A stretch of 64,000 nt of DNA, from contig NC_083234.1 of the NCBI RefSeq assembly GCF_032191835.1, forward strand, positions 45,322,001-45,386,000. Reading direction: 5' to 3'. Numbering within the stretch: the stretch's first letter is position 1; each line of letters opens with the position of its first letter. This document shows positions 32,890-46,673 of the stretch, piece by piece. This DNA comes from Heteronotia binoei (lineage: Eukaryota). Under the pieces are notes generated by a model. That model worked only from the letters and a program-made list of their open reading frames with translations. It was not told where the DNA came from and did not search any database. Position numbers and translations under genes: made by a program.

Positions 32890-33052
32890 CACATGCTGTT
32901 TACCACCTATGTCTGTAAGATTGTTTACTGTGCTGCTCCTGTTTCATAATGTCTGTTTTTATATTATTTTAACTCTGTTATTTTATTGTTGTAAGCTGCC
33001 TTGAGCCCGTTTGTGGGATAGGGCGGGATATAAATCTAAAAATTAAATTAAA
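32890..33052 (+). mobile_element. L2 LINE 3' tail
   Basis: gttgtaagctgccttgagccc...gggcgggatataaat. Confidence 0.6.
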
Positions 33053-33714
33053 GAGGTGGTCTGTATTAAGACACTGTCACTTAACTCACTGTAAAGCCAG
33101 AAGGACTCCCCCCCACCCCACCCCAACACAAACACTCAACCTCAATAGTGGATAAGATTCCAACCAACTATGCAGCCAATCACATCACCAGCCAGGGCAG
33201 GAAACACTGATCACATATAGCAAAGGAACCACAGTGTTTTGTCCCATATTGAAAGAATTGTGGGTACAAATGCGAAACTTGGTGATGCACAAAGGAAGCA
33301 CTTAACACAAACAAATGCCCACCAGGAACCCAATACATAAGGAGAATTTCACTGAAGTTCCCACTGGGAAGCTCACTTCTTGACAGTGAAAGGAGTGGAG
33401 AAAGTTTGCCACTACACTGCATTGAGTTTTGACAATGACCTTGCCCACTGGAGCATGAATGAACATGAAATTTCAAAGACTTATTGACTCTTGTCCCCAC
33501 CTTTGCCTACTGCTATATACTGAATAGGGTCACCATTGACTTCAATGAATTTGGAAGGTGGTAACTTTGGGTGCGATTACATGAGAAGTTTGGCCCAACA
33601 TATCCACCCCTCCCCTCCAGATTAAATTGGTGTGATCACACGTGCACATCTGTCCCCCATGCCCCACTTATCCTTACACTAAAATGACTCCAACATGGAT
33701 TAAATAGCTACTGG

Positions 33715-33934
33715 CATGAACATATGAACATATGTAGCTGCCTTATACTGAATCAGACCTTTGGTCCATCAAAGTCAGTATTGTCTTCTCAGACTGGCAG
33801 CGGCTCTCCAGGGTCTCAAGCTGAGTTTTTTCACACATATTTGCCTGGACCCTTTTTTGGAGATGCCAGGGATTGAACCTGGGACCTTCTGCTTCCCAAG
33901 CAGATGCTCTACCACTGAGCCACCGTCCCTCCCC
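33715..33934 (-). mobile_element. Squam2-type SINE (tRNA head, CR1-related tail), young copy
   Basis: A box tggctcagtgg, B box ggttcaatcc, tail (atatgttc)n; nearly identical to the 34011 and 46674 copies. Confidence 0.85.
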
Positions 33935-34010
33935 AAAGGGGATCAGACAGATTCATGGAGGAATAGCTCTTTAGTTGTGGTAGATTTTCCAGGCTGTTGG
34001 CCATGGTCTT

Positions 34011-34240
34011 GAACATATGAACATATGAAGAACATATGAAGCTGCCTTATACTGAATCAGACCCTTGGTCCATCAAAGTCAGTATTGTCTTCTCAGACTG
34101 GCAGCGGCTCTCCAGGGTCTCAAGCTGAGGTTTTTCACACCTATTTGCCTGGACCCTTTTTAGGTGGAGATGCCGGGGATTGAACCTGGGACCTTCTGCT
34201 TCCCAAGCAGATGCTCTACCACTGAGCCACCGTCCCTCCC
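34011..34240 (-). mobile_element. Squam2-type SINE, second copy in tandem
   Basis: Same consensus, ~75 bp from the previous copy. Confidence 0.85.
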
Positions 34241-37200
34241 ACTAATTCCAGTGGTTTCCCCAATGAAGCACTTCTATGGCGGATTTCCAGCCATCTGATC
34301 ACTCTGGCAAGCCATGGAAGTGCATGAGTAGTGTGATTGTTCCACTCCATTTCCAGTGCACCCTTTCCTCCCTCAGCCTCACTCTAACATGCACTTCAGA
34401 GTCGCCATAGAACCGGCCAGGAGCGTGTGTGTGCTTGCCTGCTTCTGTGCATGGACAGTAGGAATTCAACCCAGCTGTGAGTCCATGGCTGCAGCACGTT
34501 AGCAATGTGGACAACCAGCCATGGGCCCACAATGCTATTATGCCAGCTTCGGGGCATAATAAACCAGCCCAAATTCACACAGTGTATTTAAAACTGAGTT
34601 ACTGCTGCAGCAACCCACCAGTCTGACCACACCCTTTCTTTAGGATTGTGCTGCTAGTGAGCTTCATAGCCAAGCTGGAGTTTTGAGTCATTCTCTACCT
34701 GATCACATTCTGATGCTTTAAACAGTATACATTACTGGGGCATGATCTGTGGACCTCTTCCCACTTCAAACTAGTCACTGGGAGATATTAACTAAACAAA
34801 ACAGTGTTTTAGTGCTCCTTTTCCCTAATCAGATTAGCAGAGCATTAAGAGTCCACTCACTCCTGGAAATCCAGTGTGAATCAATAAGAGTCCAGTCCCA
34901 TGGAGCATTTGATTAATCCAGGGATTTGCTGATAAAAGAAGAAAATACTTTGCCTTAAAATCCTTCCCTGGAACCTTGCACGTGCCTGGCCAAAGCACGG
35001 TCTGTTGTACTGTTAGAAGAACCGCTGTGCTAAGGTTTAGGCTCTGTTGCATCATGCAGAGCAGTCTGACATGTCCTAGAGGTCATACCACCTCCTATAA
35101 ACAAATACAGACACTTTTCTGATCCATTATCTCTCCCATCACATGCCAGGCTTACTTTGTTATTACTGTAACTTATTAGCGTGACTTGATTAATTTTAAA
35201 GAGGGAGCCAGCCAATCCCTCCTTGTTCATGCCAGAGGCTAGTAACATAAAAAGACTGGAAAATACAATCTCTTAAAATGACTTGCTGTTCTTGTTCGAG
35301 CCAAACCAAGTATTTGGCTTTACCACAGCAGGTGGGGCAGCTGGAACCAGGGCCACTGGATGCCAAAAAGGATGGAGTTTTGGGTGTAGATTACTTATGC
35401 CAAAGTATTTTAATAGATGTAGCTTTCACCTATACCTCCCTCTTCTGCCCTACAGTTAAAGGAGTACACACCTCCTAAGGAATGGACAGGAAAAAGAGTT
35501 TTGAAGGCTATAGGACCAATGCGAATAAAAAGAGGCAGTGACTGGTTAAAATCAATATGGGGAATTCACTACTTGCTGAAACATCTCTATAGCCATATTG
35601 TAAAGAACACATTCTTTTTTCTAACTGGCCCCTTCCCATCTCCTTAGATTTGTTCTCTTTCCCAAACTGGTATATGTCATAACTCTTCCAGTCTGCCTTT
35701 TTAAAGTATATTGCTGCTTCCAGCATGCACCTGTTTCTTGTCACAGCTCTCTTTGCTCTACTACCTGAACTTCACTTATCTTGATTTGAGGCACATCTGC
35801 CTCATTGAAGATACAGGGCTTCAGCAGGAAATGGCAAGCGGAAAAGATTTCACCTCCTGGTTTATCGCAGGGCACTCTTGTGGTTGATAGACCCAATGGC
35901 TATTACCCACTATCTCCTCCAATGCCATTATCTAGAGGAAACAGGGAATGCAATGCGAATCCTAAATTAACAGATATCTGCCATGTTAAAATTAAAGGAT
36001 GCTTTGCTTCAAAGGAACCTTGAATATAAGAAAAATGTTTAGCAAACCATTCCCATTGTGGTCTGATTCATATGTTGCTTGAGTGGCATAGCAAAAAGGG
36101 AACTGATAGGTCTGTGAAGAGCGCCTACCTTGCATAATGGATGGCTATTGATGGAACCCAACAACAAGCTATGAAAAAATCATAATGGAATCCAGACAGC
36201 TAATAGATGGAGAGTCTATGCATAAAGAAGGCAGGCTGGTTGTTAAGTAAACAGTAGTTAAAGCTTGTTGGGGGAACTTTAGTATGGGGTTCAAATCAAG
36301 CTAAACTACAGAGGAGGTGAGAGAAATGTATTTGGGAAAACATAATGGGTAAGTACTTTCAAATATTCTTTGAAAGTATAAAGGAAGACTGGGAACAGGG
36401 CAGGATTGTATGGGAATGTTAAATGAGGGAAATGAATGGGCACAGGTGGGGTAATACAGTTAATAATTGGGAGAAAGAGAGTTTGGAAAGAAGGGAGGAA
36501 ATCATAATGATTAATAATGTCCAATGTATTTTTACATTACTTTGAATTTAAATTATTTTTAAATTGCTTACTCTGGAAGCAATTAGGGGAAAATAGTTTA
36601 AAGGAACCAAGTCTCAGTATGTTCAGTGTACTCTGAAGTTTGTACATTTGTACACAGGATCACAGCCTTGATCTGCTGAGAAAGTTTGAAGGCTGGTGAA
36701 GGCTGAATTTTGTCTTACATGACCAGATGGTGGTGACTCCCCTGGATCATGGTTGAAGCAAAGTGGCAGTGTTGCAAATGGGAACTTTGATGACTGAAAT
36801 GGCTGCCAAAGTTTGAATAGTTCTGAAAGCTGCTTGCTTCCTTCTTCCGCAAAGCCTGAAACATTTGTATTAGCATTGCTGACCTAGCCCCTTCTTCCCC
36901 TTGCCTCCATTCTTTATCTCTGTTGTCATGCTCACCTCTCCATTTTCTGCTTTTGCATTCACCATGCTGAAACTGAACATATCTTGAGCATAGAGAAGAG
37001 GACAAAGATAGCTGAATTCATTTTTGTTTTATGTTTCAGCAGGAAACTTGGCACCCAAAAGACCTGTTATGTTGTGATAAAGGCCTAAGGCATTGAGCTC
37101 CAGGTTAGCTGCGCCAGTGGCTGCTACACCCTTGCTAATACTGGAGTAATGAACTTGCAGTTCTCATGCTCCCAGCAACAGAGTCAAGAACAGCACAAAG

Positions 37201-37379
37201 CTGTAGAAACAAAAGCTAAATACAATCAAGCACAACCATTGCTGAAAGTTCTACCACAAGTTGCAATGTTGAACACCAGCTATGCTCCATAAACCCAGTA
37301 TGAAAGACACCAATCAAGACATGCATTAGAAGCGAGCCATTGTGGATATCAGTAGTTCTGATTAGGAATGCACTACAGG

Positions 37380-37882
37380 CAGTGGCGGACTGGCCAGGGT
37401 GTCAGCTTGCCCGATGGCAATTGGGCCCCTGATGAAGTGGGCCCCCATTAAACTTTAGACAATATGTTAAAAACGTTAATGACCTGTTAGTAGCTTGAAA
37501 ATATAACAGACATTCCAATATTATTACTGTAATGCAACTAAAATTTATGTTGTATTTAGGGTTGCCAGTCTCCAGGTGGGACCTGGGGATCTCCTGCTTT
37601 TACAACTGATCTCCAGCTGCCAGAGCTCAGCTCCCCTGGAGAAAATGCAATCTGTATTTACATTCAGTATCTACTCTATACTGCCAATAATATGTACAAT
37701 ATATGTACACTGTGATTACTAAATATATATATTGCAAATGTTTTAATTGTATCTTTTTTCCTCTTATGTATTTTTTGAAATTTTTATTTATTTCTTATGC
37801 AAATTAAATGTTAGCCTTACAGTTGTGGGTGGGCCCCCCATGTCTCCTGGCAACCAATATTTTTAGACCCAGTTCACCAATG
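37380..37882. mobile_element. hAT MITE with 8-bp TSD and a nested tagggttgcca MITE fragment (~37556-37650)
   Basis: TIR cagtggcggactgg / ccagttcaccaatg; TSD actacagg (37372-37379) / actatagg (37883-37890). Confidence 0.8.
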
Positions 37883-38330
37883 ACTATAGGTGATCTTGAG
37901 CTAATCGTATTCTCTCAACCTCACGTATACTCTCCAAAATTGCTATGAAGAAAAAAATGAGGCAAGATCACCCTGAGCTGCTTGAAAGAAGGATGGAAAA
38001 TCTAATTAATAAATTATAAAATAAAATCCACTTCTGTCTAGATTCTCAACTGTGGTGGCAGTATAGTTGCCAACTTCCAAGTAAGAGCTGGAATTCTCCC
38101 AGAATCACAATTGATCTTCTTAAACATCAATTCTCCCTGAGAAAATTGTGGTTCCACAGGGTCAGCTCTATGGCATTACATCCCTGCTCCTTCCTCTCCT
38201 GAAACTCCATCCTCCCCAGGAACCATCCCCAATCTTCAGGAATTTCCCAAAGCAGAGCTGGTAATCCTCAGGCTGTAGGCACACAGTTGTGTGCAAGGAT
38301 CTCAGCATTGTGCCACATGTAACTGATGCT

Positions 38331-38537
38331 AGGAAAGGGCTGCAGTTCAGTGTTAGAGCATTTGCTAGGCATGGCGAATGTCCCAAATTCAATCCCTGGC
38401 ATATGCAGTTCACAGGATCAGATAGGTGATTTAAAAAACCTCCACCTGAGACTCTCAACAGCCACTGCCAGCCTGAATAGACAATACGGACATTGATAGA
38501 CAGGGGGTCTGGAAGTATAAGGCAGCTTCATGTGTTC
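38331..38537 (+). mobile_element. Older Squam2-type SINE
   Basis: Diverged tRNA head; tail gtataaggcagcttcatgtgttc. Other old copies at ~39346-39480 (+), 41338-41553 (-) and 55755-55954 (-). Confidence 0.7.
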
Positions 38538-39889
38538 AGGGTCTCAAGAATGTAATCTTAGAAAGGGATATCTCCCTAGGTTTGAGAAAGGTTGTATCAT
38601 TGTCTTCAAAGCAAACTAGGTCAGAGCAACTCACATATTTGTATGTCTACATCCTTAAAGCAATAACTTGTGCTCTAATCCTACTGATTTTTAAGCCACA
38701 GTTTGCAGGCTCGCAAGCCGAAATACCTGCTCTGATGCTGACAGGCAGATTAGGAATATTGGACACCTTTAGGCAATCCATCTTTTACAATGGGCTGATG
38801 TAAGACAAGGCAGCTGGTGCTACACAATGGCAATGCACGACAGCAAGAGTCTTGTTCAGAGCCCGGTTCCAAGACGATAGAGGTTTTCAGTTTAGCTATG
38901 TGAAATGCTACCATATATTTGTTGCTTTTTTCCTACTTGCCCTATTTCTGGACTTTTAACAATGAATATTTAACATCTTTTTCCAGCATGGAATGAAGTG
39001 ATAGGGAAGCTTCATCAGCTAGATGTGTGTGAAATATAGACTCTGTTAAAAATAGTTGGCAACCCATCCATGATTAGCAAGGAAAAAGAAAGAGTGGAGG
39101 GGCATCCAAACATTTATGCTAAGTTTTGCTTGGCCTGGCAGCACCCTTGGTCCATCCTGAGGACAGTAGTATAGTTGAGCCAGGTTTAAGTTCAGCTCTA
39201 AGACTTTCTGGCAGCCTGCATGGTATGGTGGTTAGAATGCTGGACTAGGATTTTGGGACACATAGGTTTGAATCCCTGCTCTGTCACAGAAGCTTGCTGA
39301 GTGACCTTCGGCCAGTCACTCTCTTGCATACCAGGATAAAATACAGGAGGGCAAAATTTGGCTCAATGGTAGAATACCTCCCTGGCATTTCCATGTAAAA
39401 AGCATAAAGTAGTAGGTGATGTGAAAGGCCTCTACTGGATGTTGCCAGTCTGAGTAGACAGAACTGATGTTGAAAGAACAATAGTCCCAATCAGTAGAAG
39501 GTAGTTTCTTGTCTTGATGGAAGCTGCTTTGAATCCCCATTGAGAAGAAAATTGATTTATAAATATCCAAACAAATGAATATTGGTCTCAGAGAGGTGAT
39601 GTCATCAACCAGAGCTGCTTCCCTCTCTGTCCCATTAAGTGCTAGCCTCAGTGTTTGGTGCTGTTCTGTTCTGCACATCATGCTCAAGTTCTGTAGCAGG
39701 TATGGAAAGTTGCCAGCTGCATGTATAAAGCCACCACCTCTCTGAAGAGCAGAAGCCATCGCTCTCCCCTCCACCCCTGCCATGGTGAAGCCATCTCTGT
39801 GTCCAGCACAACTTCCATGTGTTCTCACTCCTTTTTTTTTTTTTTTGGCACACCAATATTTTCACAGATATACTTTGCATTTCATAGGG

Positions 39890-40025
39890 CAGGGGTGGCC
39901 AACGGTAGCTCTCCAGATGTTTTTTGTCTACAACTCCCATCAGCCCCAGCCATTGGCTATGCTGGTTGGGGCTGATGGGAGTTGTAGGCAAAAAACATCT
40001 GGAGAGCTACCATTGGCTACCTGTG
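39890..40025. mobile_element. 136-bp palindromic hAT MITE with a perfect 8-bp TSD
   Basis: Near-perfect inverted arms; tcataggg at 39882-39889 and 40026-40033. Confidence 0.9.
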
Positions 40026-40122
40026 TCATAGGGCATTCAGACAAAAAAGGTTGCCTTCTCCTGAAATATACAATACATGGGCTGCTTTGTGCATTTTTAT
40101 GGGAAAGAACTATAGAAGTTCT

Positions 40123-40298
40123 CAGAGCTTTTTTTGTAGCAGGAACTCCTTTGCATATTAGGCCACACACCCCTGTAGCCAATCCTCCAAGAGCTTACAG
40201 GTCTCTTAGTACAGGGCCTACTGTAAGCTTCAGGAGGATTGGCTACAGGGGGGGTGGGGGGTGGCCTAATATGCAAAGGAGTTCCTGCTACAAAAAAG
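40123..40298. mobile_element. Palindromic hAT MITE with 8-bp TSD gaagttct, right TIR clipped
   Basis: gaagttct at 40115-40122 and 40299-40306; arms ...aggaactcctttgcatattaggccacac / gtggcctaatatgcaaaggagttcct. Confidence 0.85.
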
Positions 40299-42720
40299 GA
40301 AGTTCTAAATAAATACATAAACATCAGAATAATGGGAATACATCTATAAACAAATCCACAACCTTTTGTCATACTCCTGTTACCAAGAAACAGGATGGAA
40401 CTCTGCAGACTGCAGAAAGAAGACCTGGCTTGGTCCTTAGTGGCTGAGGCACCAGGATCAGGTCAACCCACCTACCCCACCAATGGTAGGGGAGGCGTAT
40501 CAGCTGGGTCTCTTAAAAGAACATACAGCTGGCACTCTCTTCTTCACAAACACAGTTGAATCAGCTGGTGAAATAGGGAACATTGTTCTTGCAAATGGTA
40601 AAAAACCATCATGAAATTCTATTTAAAAACAGCAGCACAAACATTATTAAAACGTTAATTTAAAAAGCTTTAACTGATCAGTGAAAGGTGAACAACTAAG
40701 TGGCATACTGGACATCTCTGTGGGCATCTCTTGGGATAGAGTTCAGGAGTATGGAACTCCCAAATGGAAGGAATTACAATACATATTTAAACATTACCAA
40801 TTGAATAAAAGTTACACTTAGTCCCACTTTGAATGACAAGCAAGTTTCAAAAGCATGCTGTGTGCCTGTCCCTAACAGCTTGCCTTTGTAAGGTAGACCT
40901 TATGAACAATTTCAAAGGGGGTCTAGCTTTGTTGAGAAGCTAGGGATGAAGTTTTAAAAAAACCAAATCTAGTCTTGCCAGCTGCTCTGCTATATTTATT
41001 TATGTTACCTATAGTCTGCCTTTATCACTTGGATTCAAGGTAGATTACACAGTTAATATAACTGACAGGAAAGGACATTCAATAAATAATACCACAGAAT
41101 TAGGGAATCAACCAGAGATCTCAAAACAGAACTGAAGCAAGGTGTAAATATTAACATGACACATTCGATGATGCAAAGATGACACAGTAGGATAGGGTCG
41201 TAGTTCAGCAAGTTAAATACGGTAGTATGGACCATGGTCCCTAATAATTTATCCAAGTAACTTTGGGAATCATTAAGTACAAAGCCACCCTATTGCCTGT
41301 TTCTTATATGAATTAGTGGAAAGGGAACTGATATCTTGAACATATGAATCTACCTTATACTGTTAGACCATTGGCCTATTAAGGTCAGTACTGTCTCCTC
41401 TGACTGCTAGCCACTCTCCAGGATCTCAATAAAAGGTCTTTCAGATCACATAGCATTCAATTATTTAAGTTAAAACTAGAGATGCCAGGGAGGAATTGAA
41501 CCTGTGACCTTCTGGATTCAAAAGCAGATGTTCTACAACTGAGCCATGGTTCCATCCACAACCCTATTTTCCATGTTAGGCACCTACAATACTTGGGAGG
41601 CCTTGAGATTTATTATGCATGGTGAATAAATCTGCTGACACATATGTATGCTAGATATTGTGACACATCAACAGTCAAAAAGGAAGAGGGCAGGAAGCAG
41701 TTATTTTACTACTGAGAAGCACTTCTCTGACTGGTTGTCTGAAGGCAACTTTTCCTCACCACAAGAGAAGTGCAAATGAGCATTTACAAGTCTGAAATAT
41801 ATAACTGGGTTGTTTCTGAACAGCATAACATCTATTTCAGTAGTTGCTACTGAGCAAGTAACACCTTGGTTATTAGAAGTGATGGACATAACCACATGGA
41901 CATAATTAGGCATCTTTGCTTTCATTTCTACAGGTGTGATGTTACGACATCCATTTTTCAAAACACTCATATTTGATTACCAAAGCTGTATGCTTACACA
42001 GACTATACAATTCTACACTGACTAGTATCTCACAACAACAAATTGAAACTTAAATCTGACAAAACAAAGATGCTACTGGTTGCAGATTGGTGGAGTTGGT
42101 GACTAAGGACATGGGATGTGGAGAAATGCCTAGTCTCCTGGTAGGTTAGCAATCAGCAGGGTTTCACTGTGTGTTTTGCCAGGCTTTTTTCTTTCTAGTC
42201 AGAGGAGGAAGTCTTTTTGCTGGCACATCAGCTCGCTTCCTTACAAATGCTAATGACTCCAGCAAGAAAGACAATGGGACAGATAAGCCTCCCCCCCCCA
42301 CACACACCTTCTCACCCCTTTTCTCCAAGCAGGGAATAGAAGTGGAGGTGGTCATTGGTAGACAGGTTACAGGAAGGAGCTTCCAGGAGATGACAGGAAA
42401 AGAAGCCTTGACCAGGGTCAAGGGGGAGGAGACACAGATTTGTTTAAACAGCCTTGCAAGGGGAAGGTGGGCTCTCTTTTCCTTGGGATGCTGAGCTGAA
42501 CAGACCTCTTGACTGAGATGGGAGCAGGCAGATGTTTTTGGACCATGCGTCTGGTCCAAAGAGCTGGAAGCAATCATAAAGGTAATGGAAGATTACATTG
42601 GTCTTGCTTTGGTTGGTTCTGTATCAATTTAACAGCAAAGAAGACTATATTATATTAATATTCATGTACCTTCTCATCATGACAACTCAGGTGAATCACA
42701 AATAGTGTATGATGTTCCTA

Positions 42721-43017
42721 AGAAGATGAAGAAGATATTAGATTTATATCCCACCCTATACTATGAATCTCAAAGTCTCAGAGCGGTCACAATCTCCTCT
42801 ACCTCCCCCCCCACACACACACACACAAAAGACACCCTGTGAGGTAGGTGGGACTGAGAGAGCTTCTTATAGCAGCTGCCCTTTCAAGGACAACTCCTGT
42901 GAAAGCTATGGCTGATCCAAAGCCATTCCATCAGGTGCAAGTGGAGAAGTGGGGAATAAAACCCAGTTCTCCCAGATAAGAGTCTGTGCACTTAACCACT
43001 ACACCAAACTGACTCTC
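42721..43017 (-). mobile_element. Squam3-type SINE
   Basis: Same consensus as the 9361 copy. Confidence 0.85.
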
Positions 43018-43429
43018 TAACCATCAGGCACAGCTGGAAATATCGCAGCTTTTGCTGAACATCATCAGCTAGCGAGTGAGTTCTAATAGCATCATTGAAG
43101 CAAACTGTTCTAATAGCAAACTGTGGCACAACAACAAGAAGTGGCTGTGCTTTCTGTTGTCCCTCCCAGTCATGGTGGGAACTTAGCAGGATTTGGGGAT
43201 TTATGGCCAACAGAGGCCCTCTTTCTATTCAGTGTACACTTATCTTCTCTGTGCTCAAACCTGCTGAGATTCTTTAGCCAGAACGCAATCACCCCTGATT
43301 TCAGAGGAGTGAATGGGACACTCTGTGACCATGAGTTTTTGAAAGCACTGCACAAGCATTTCTTGTCAGAGAGGAATGAAGGAAACCAAGGAGTCCTCAT
43401 CTGAAGCACAGCCTCATTCTCCCTTGCTT

Positions 43430-44595
43430 ACATAAGAACATAAGAGAAGCCATGTTGGATCAGGCCAATGGCCCATCCAGTCCAACAGTCTGTATCACAC
43501 AGTGAACCTCATCTGCCATGTTGACAGGGTGCCACTCACCCAGCCTCAACAGATCCCTTTGGAGTTCCTCACAATCCTCTCTGGTTCTCACCACCCTGAA
43601 CAATTTAGTGTCATCTGCAAACTTGGCCACTTCACTGCTCACTCCCAACTCCAAATCATTTATGAACAAGTTAAAGAGCATGGGACCCAGTGCTGAGCAC
43701 TGTGGCACCGCACTGCTTACTGTACTCCACTGCAAAGACTGCCCATTTATACTCACTCTCTGCTTCCTATTAATTAGCCAGTTTTTGATCCACAAGAGGA
43801 CCTGTCCTTTTACTCCATGACTCTCGAGCTTACTAAGGAGCCTTTGATGAGGAACTTTATCAAAAGCTTTCTGGAAGTCAAGGTAAACAACATCTATTAG
43901 GTCCCTTTTGTCCACATGCTTGTTCACCCCCTCAAAGAACTGTAACAGGTTAGTGAGGCAAGATCTTCCCTTACAGAACCCATGCTGAGTCTTCCTCAAT
44001 AACTTGTGTTCATCAGTGTGCCTACCCATTCTGTCTTTGATAATGGCTTCTACCAACTTTCCTGGTATTGAAGTCAGACTGGCTGGCCTGTAATTTCCCA
44101 GATCTCCTCTGGAACCCTTTTTAAAGATGGGGGTGACATTTGCTACCTTCCAGTCCTCAGGAACGGAGGCAGATTTCAATGAAAGATTACATATTTTTGT
44201 CAGGAGATCCACAAGTTCAACTTTGAGTTCTTTCAGAATTCTTGGATGTATGCTATCCGGACCTGGCGACTTATTAGTTTTTAATTCGTCAATCAGTTGT
44301 AGGACCTCCTCTCTTGTCCCCTCAATCTTTCAACACCCCTTCCAAAATTAGTGGTTCTGGAGTGGGCAAACACTTCTCGTCTTCCACAGTGAAGATGGAG
44401 GCAAAAAATGCATTCAGCTTCTCAGCCATTTCCCTATCCTCCTTCAGTAATCCTTTGACCCCTTGGTCATCCAAGGGCCCCACTGCCTCCCTGGCTGTTT
44501 TCCTGCTTCTAATATATTTGAAGAAATTTTTATTGTTGGTCTTTATGTTTTTTGCAATATGCTCATAGTCCCTTTTTGCCCGCCTGATCTGCTTA
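43430..44595 (-). mobile_element. CR1 LINE fragment (RT domain) with internal deletions
   Basis: ORF 43460-44212 has NYRPASLTSIPGK, YLDFQKAFDKVPH and FADDTKL. The 3' tail is shared with the 14216 copy. A deletion joins the RT region to the 3'UTR near 43505. Confidence 0.95.
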
Positions 44596-44760
44596 CTCTG
44601 CTTACAGTTTGCAGAGTCTTGTTTTTATAACAGAGAAGTGGTTTGGTCCTCCACATGCACTCTGTATGTACAAGAGTGTTTGCATATGTTTTGTCTTTAT
44701 CTGGGCTTCTTCCGTACTGTTCCCTCTCCAAAAGCCAAGGAGCAGCTTGTGAGACTGATA

Positions 44761-45063
44761 AAAAGGTAAAGGTAGTCCCCTGTACAAGCACCAGTCGTTT
44801 TCGACACTGGGCTGACGTCACATCACAACGTTTTCATGGCAGACTTTTTATGGGGTGATTTGCCATTGTCTTCCCCAGTCATCTAAATTCCCCCCCACAC
44901 CCCCAGCAAGCTGTGTACTCATTTTACCAACCTCGGAAGGATGGAAGGCTGAGTCAGCCTTGAGCAGGCTACCTGAACCCAGCTTCTGCCGGGATTGAAC
45001 TCAGGTCGTGAGCAGAGCTTAGGACTGCAGTACTGCAGCTTTACCACTCTGCGTCACGGGGCT
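44761..45063 (-). mobile_element. Sauria SINE
   Basis: Reverse complement of the 16106 consensus. Confidence 0.85.
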
Positions 45064-46673
45064 GATACCTGTTCTTTTAAACCTACAGTCTACAACAGAT
45101 AGGTACAAGATACTCCTATTATTACGGCGACATGAAGGCACAGAAATAACATCCTCTAGTATTTGCTGCAGATTGAATGGTTAATAAAAGGGACAGCTAG
45201 AGAGGGACCAATTTAAAGTTAGCAACCCTAGACAGCAATGTACACTTTTCTAGGGATAAGATACCAGCTCATTATCTTTACTTTAAATTTACCAGTGAAT
45301 TGGATGGCATGACAGCTATGCTTTTCATGCCATTCCCCCACCCTTTTTGTCTACCTTTCCTTTCCACTATGGAGCGCACAGCTCGCTCTAAGGGTTGGTG
45401 TGTAGTGGATGTAAGGGAGTACAGGGGGAATGGCCAGGAGAAACAGCCTCTATATCACTTCCTGCTTCAATTATGCATTTATTGCAGTGTTGTTTTTAAT
45501 ATAGCCTGCTTCTCATCCCATGTCAAAGCAGTTTACAGTAAAAACATATTGTAAAATGGAAGAAAACAAAATAACCCCAAAGGGCTATGCCCTGGCAATG
45601 TTAGTTTGGACACGAGGAAATAGAAAAATATTTGCCATGCCATGCCTAGTTTTTGCATTTGAGGCTGCTGTTAAAGATGAAGGAACAGAAGAGCAGTAAG
45701 GAAACATAAAGAAATAGCTAACAGCAATTAAAGAGTGCTAGGAATAGTATTTGTTTTTACAAGAAATGCTTAATCTTGCTTTTTACTTACTAAAGAAGGC
45801 TTCAGTAAACAGAGATTTAGTATACATATTATTTAAACACAGTAGGTAACCACCAAAAATGCTTCAAATTAATACTTGGCAGATGTGGTATTAAGAAATT
45901 AGTTATGTGGCTGCCTGTGCAGAAAATACTTTTGATGCACATAAGCTCAAAGACTCAGGTTTCTGAGAGTTTAATGTTTCACAGTGGGAAGAAAAAAAAA
46001 AGCAGGGAAGTAGGAAATGGTTCAAAGCCCTAAGGGTGGCCAGAAGTACATTTACTGAATGATCTCCCATTCCAAGGTTTACTATTTGTTTCAATACCTT
46101 TATGTCAATAATAAACACCACAGCTAGCTGCAAGAAAACACTCCATAGGAAGGTTTGGAAGCTCCAGATGTGCCTGATTTTCAGATCATGTAAAATTATT
46201 CTTCAGAAGCACCTCTGGTTCTGGCCAGTCAATTCTGCTGTGCAATGAGTAATTTGTTAAACAATTAATGGGTCTGGCCCCTAGCTATGCATGCATTCCT
46301 CATTTACCAGGGATATTTTCTATTTTCCAGCCATGGCCCCTGGTAAATCATTGTCTCCATTTTGTCCCTATATTTGCCTTCTGTTTAATCTACACATGTA
46401 TTCATCCTGCATTTTGAGTCAAAGGAACTCAAACCTGCTTGAAGAGGTCTTGTTAAAACATTGTTTGTGCAAGTTGTTCTTCCTCCCAAAAACAGTTGAG
46501 TCTTCTGGGTATTCATATGTGTATGAATGCATTTTGACTATAGCATAGATGCTATTTACAAGCTGTCATGTTACACTCTGCAGCTGGAAAAGCTGATTTT
46601 GATGTGTCAGATATGTAGTATAAAATAATTATGTTTCCCTGACACAGCTTTAATCCAAAGAATGACACCCCAC

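Noticed and set aside
33715-34240. tRNA-like A and B boxes
   Set aside because: They are SINE heads followed by CR1-related tails, not tRNA genes.
35078-35083. Possible 6-nt microexon (tag|GAGGTG|gtatga) on the minus strand
   Set aside because: Host transcript is unproven, and no clear branch point or long pyrimidine tract is present.
39316-40372. 170-aa and 176-aa ORFs
   Set aside because: They run through a SINE and two palindromic MITEs, with no recognisable protein.
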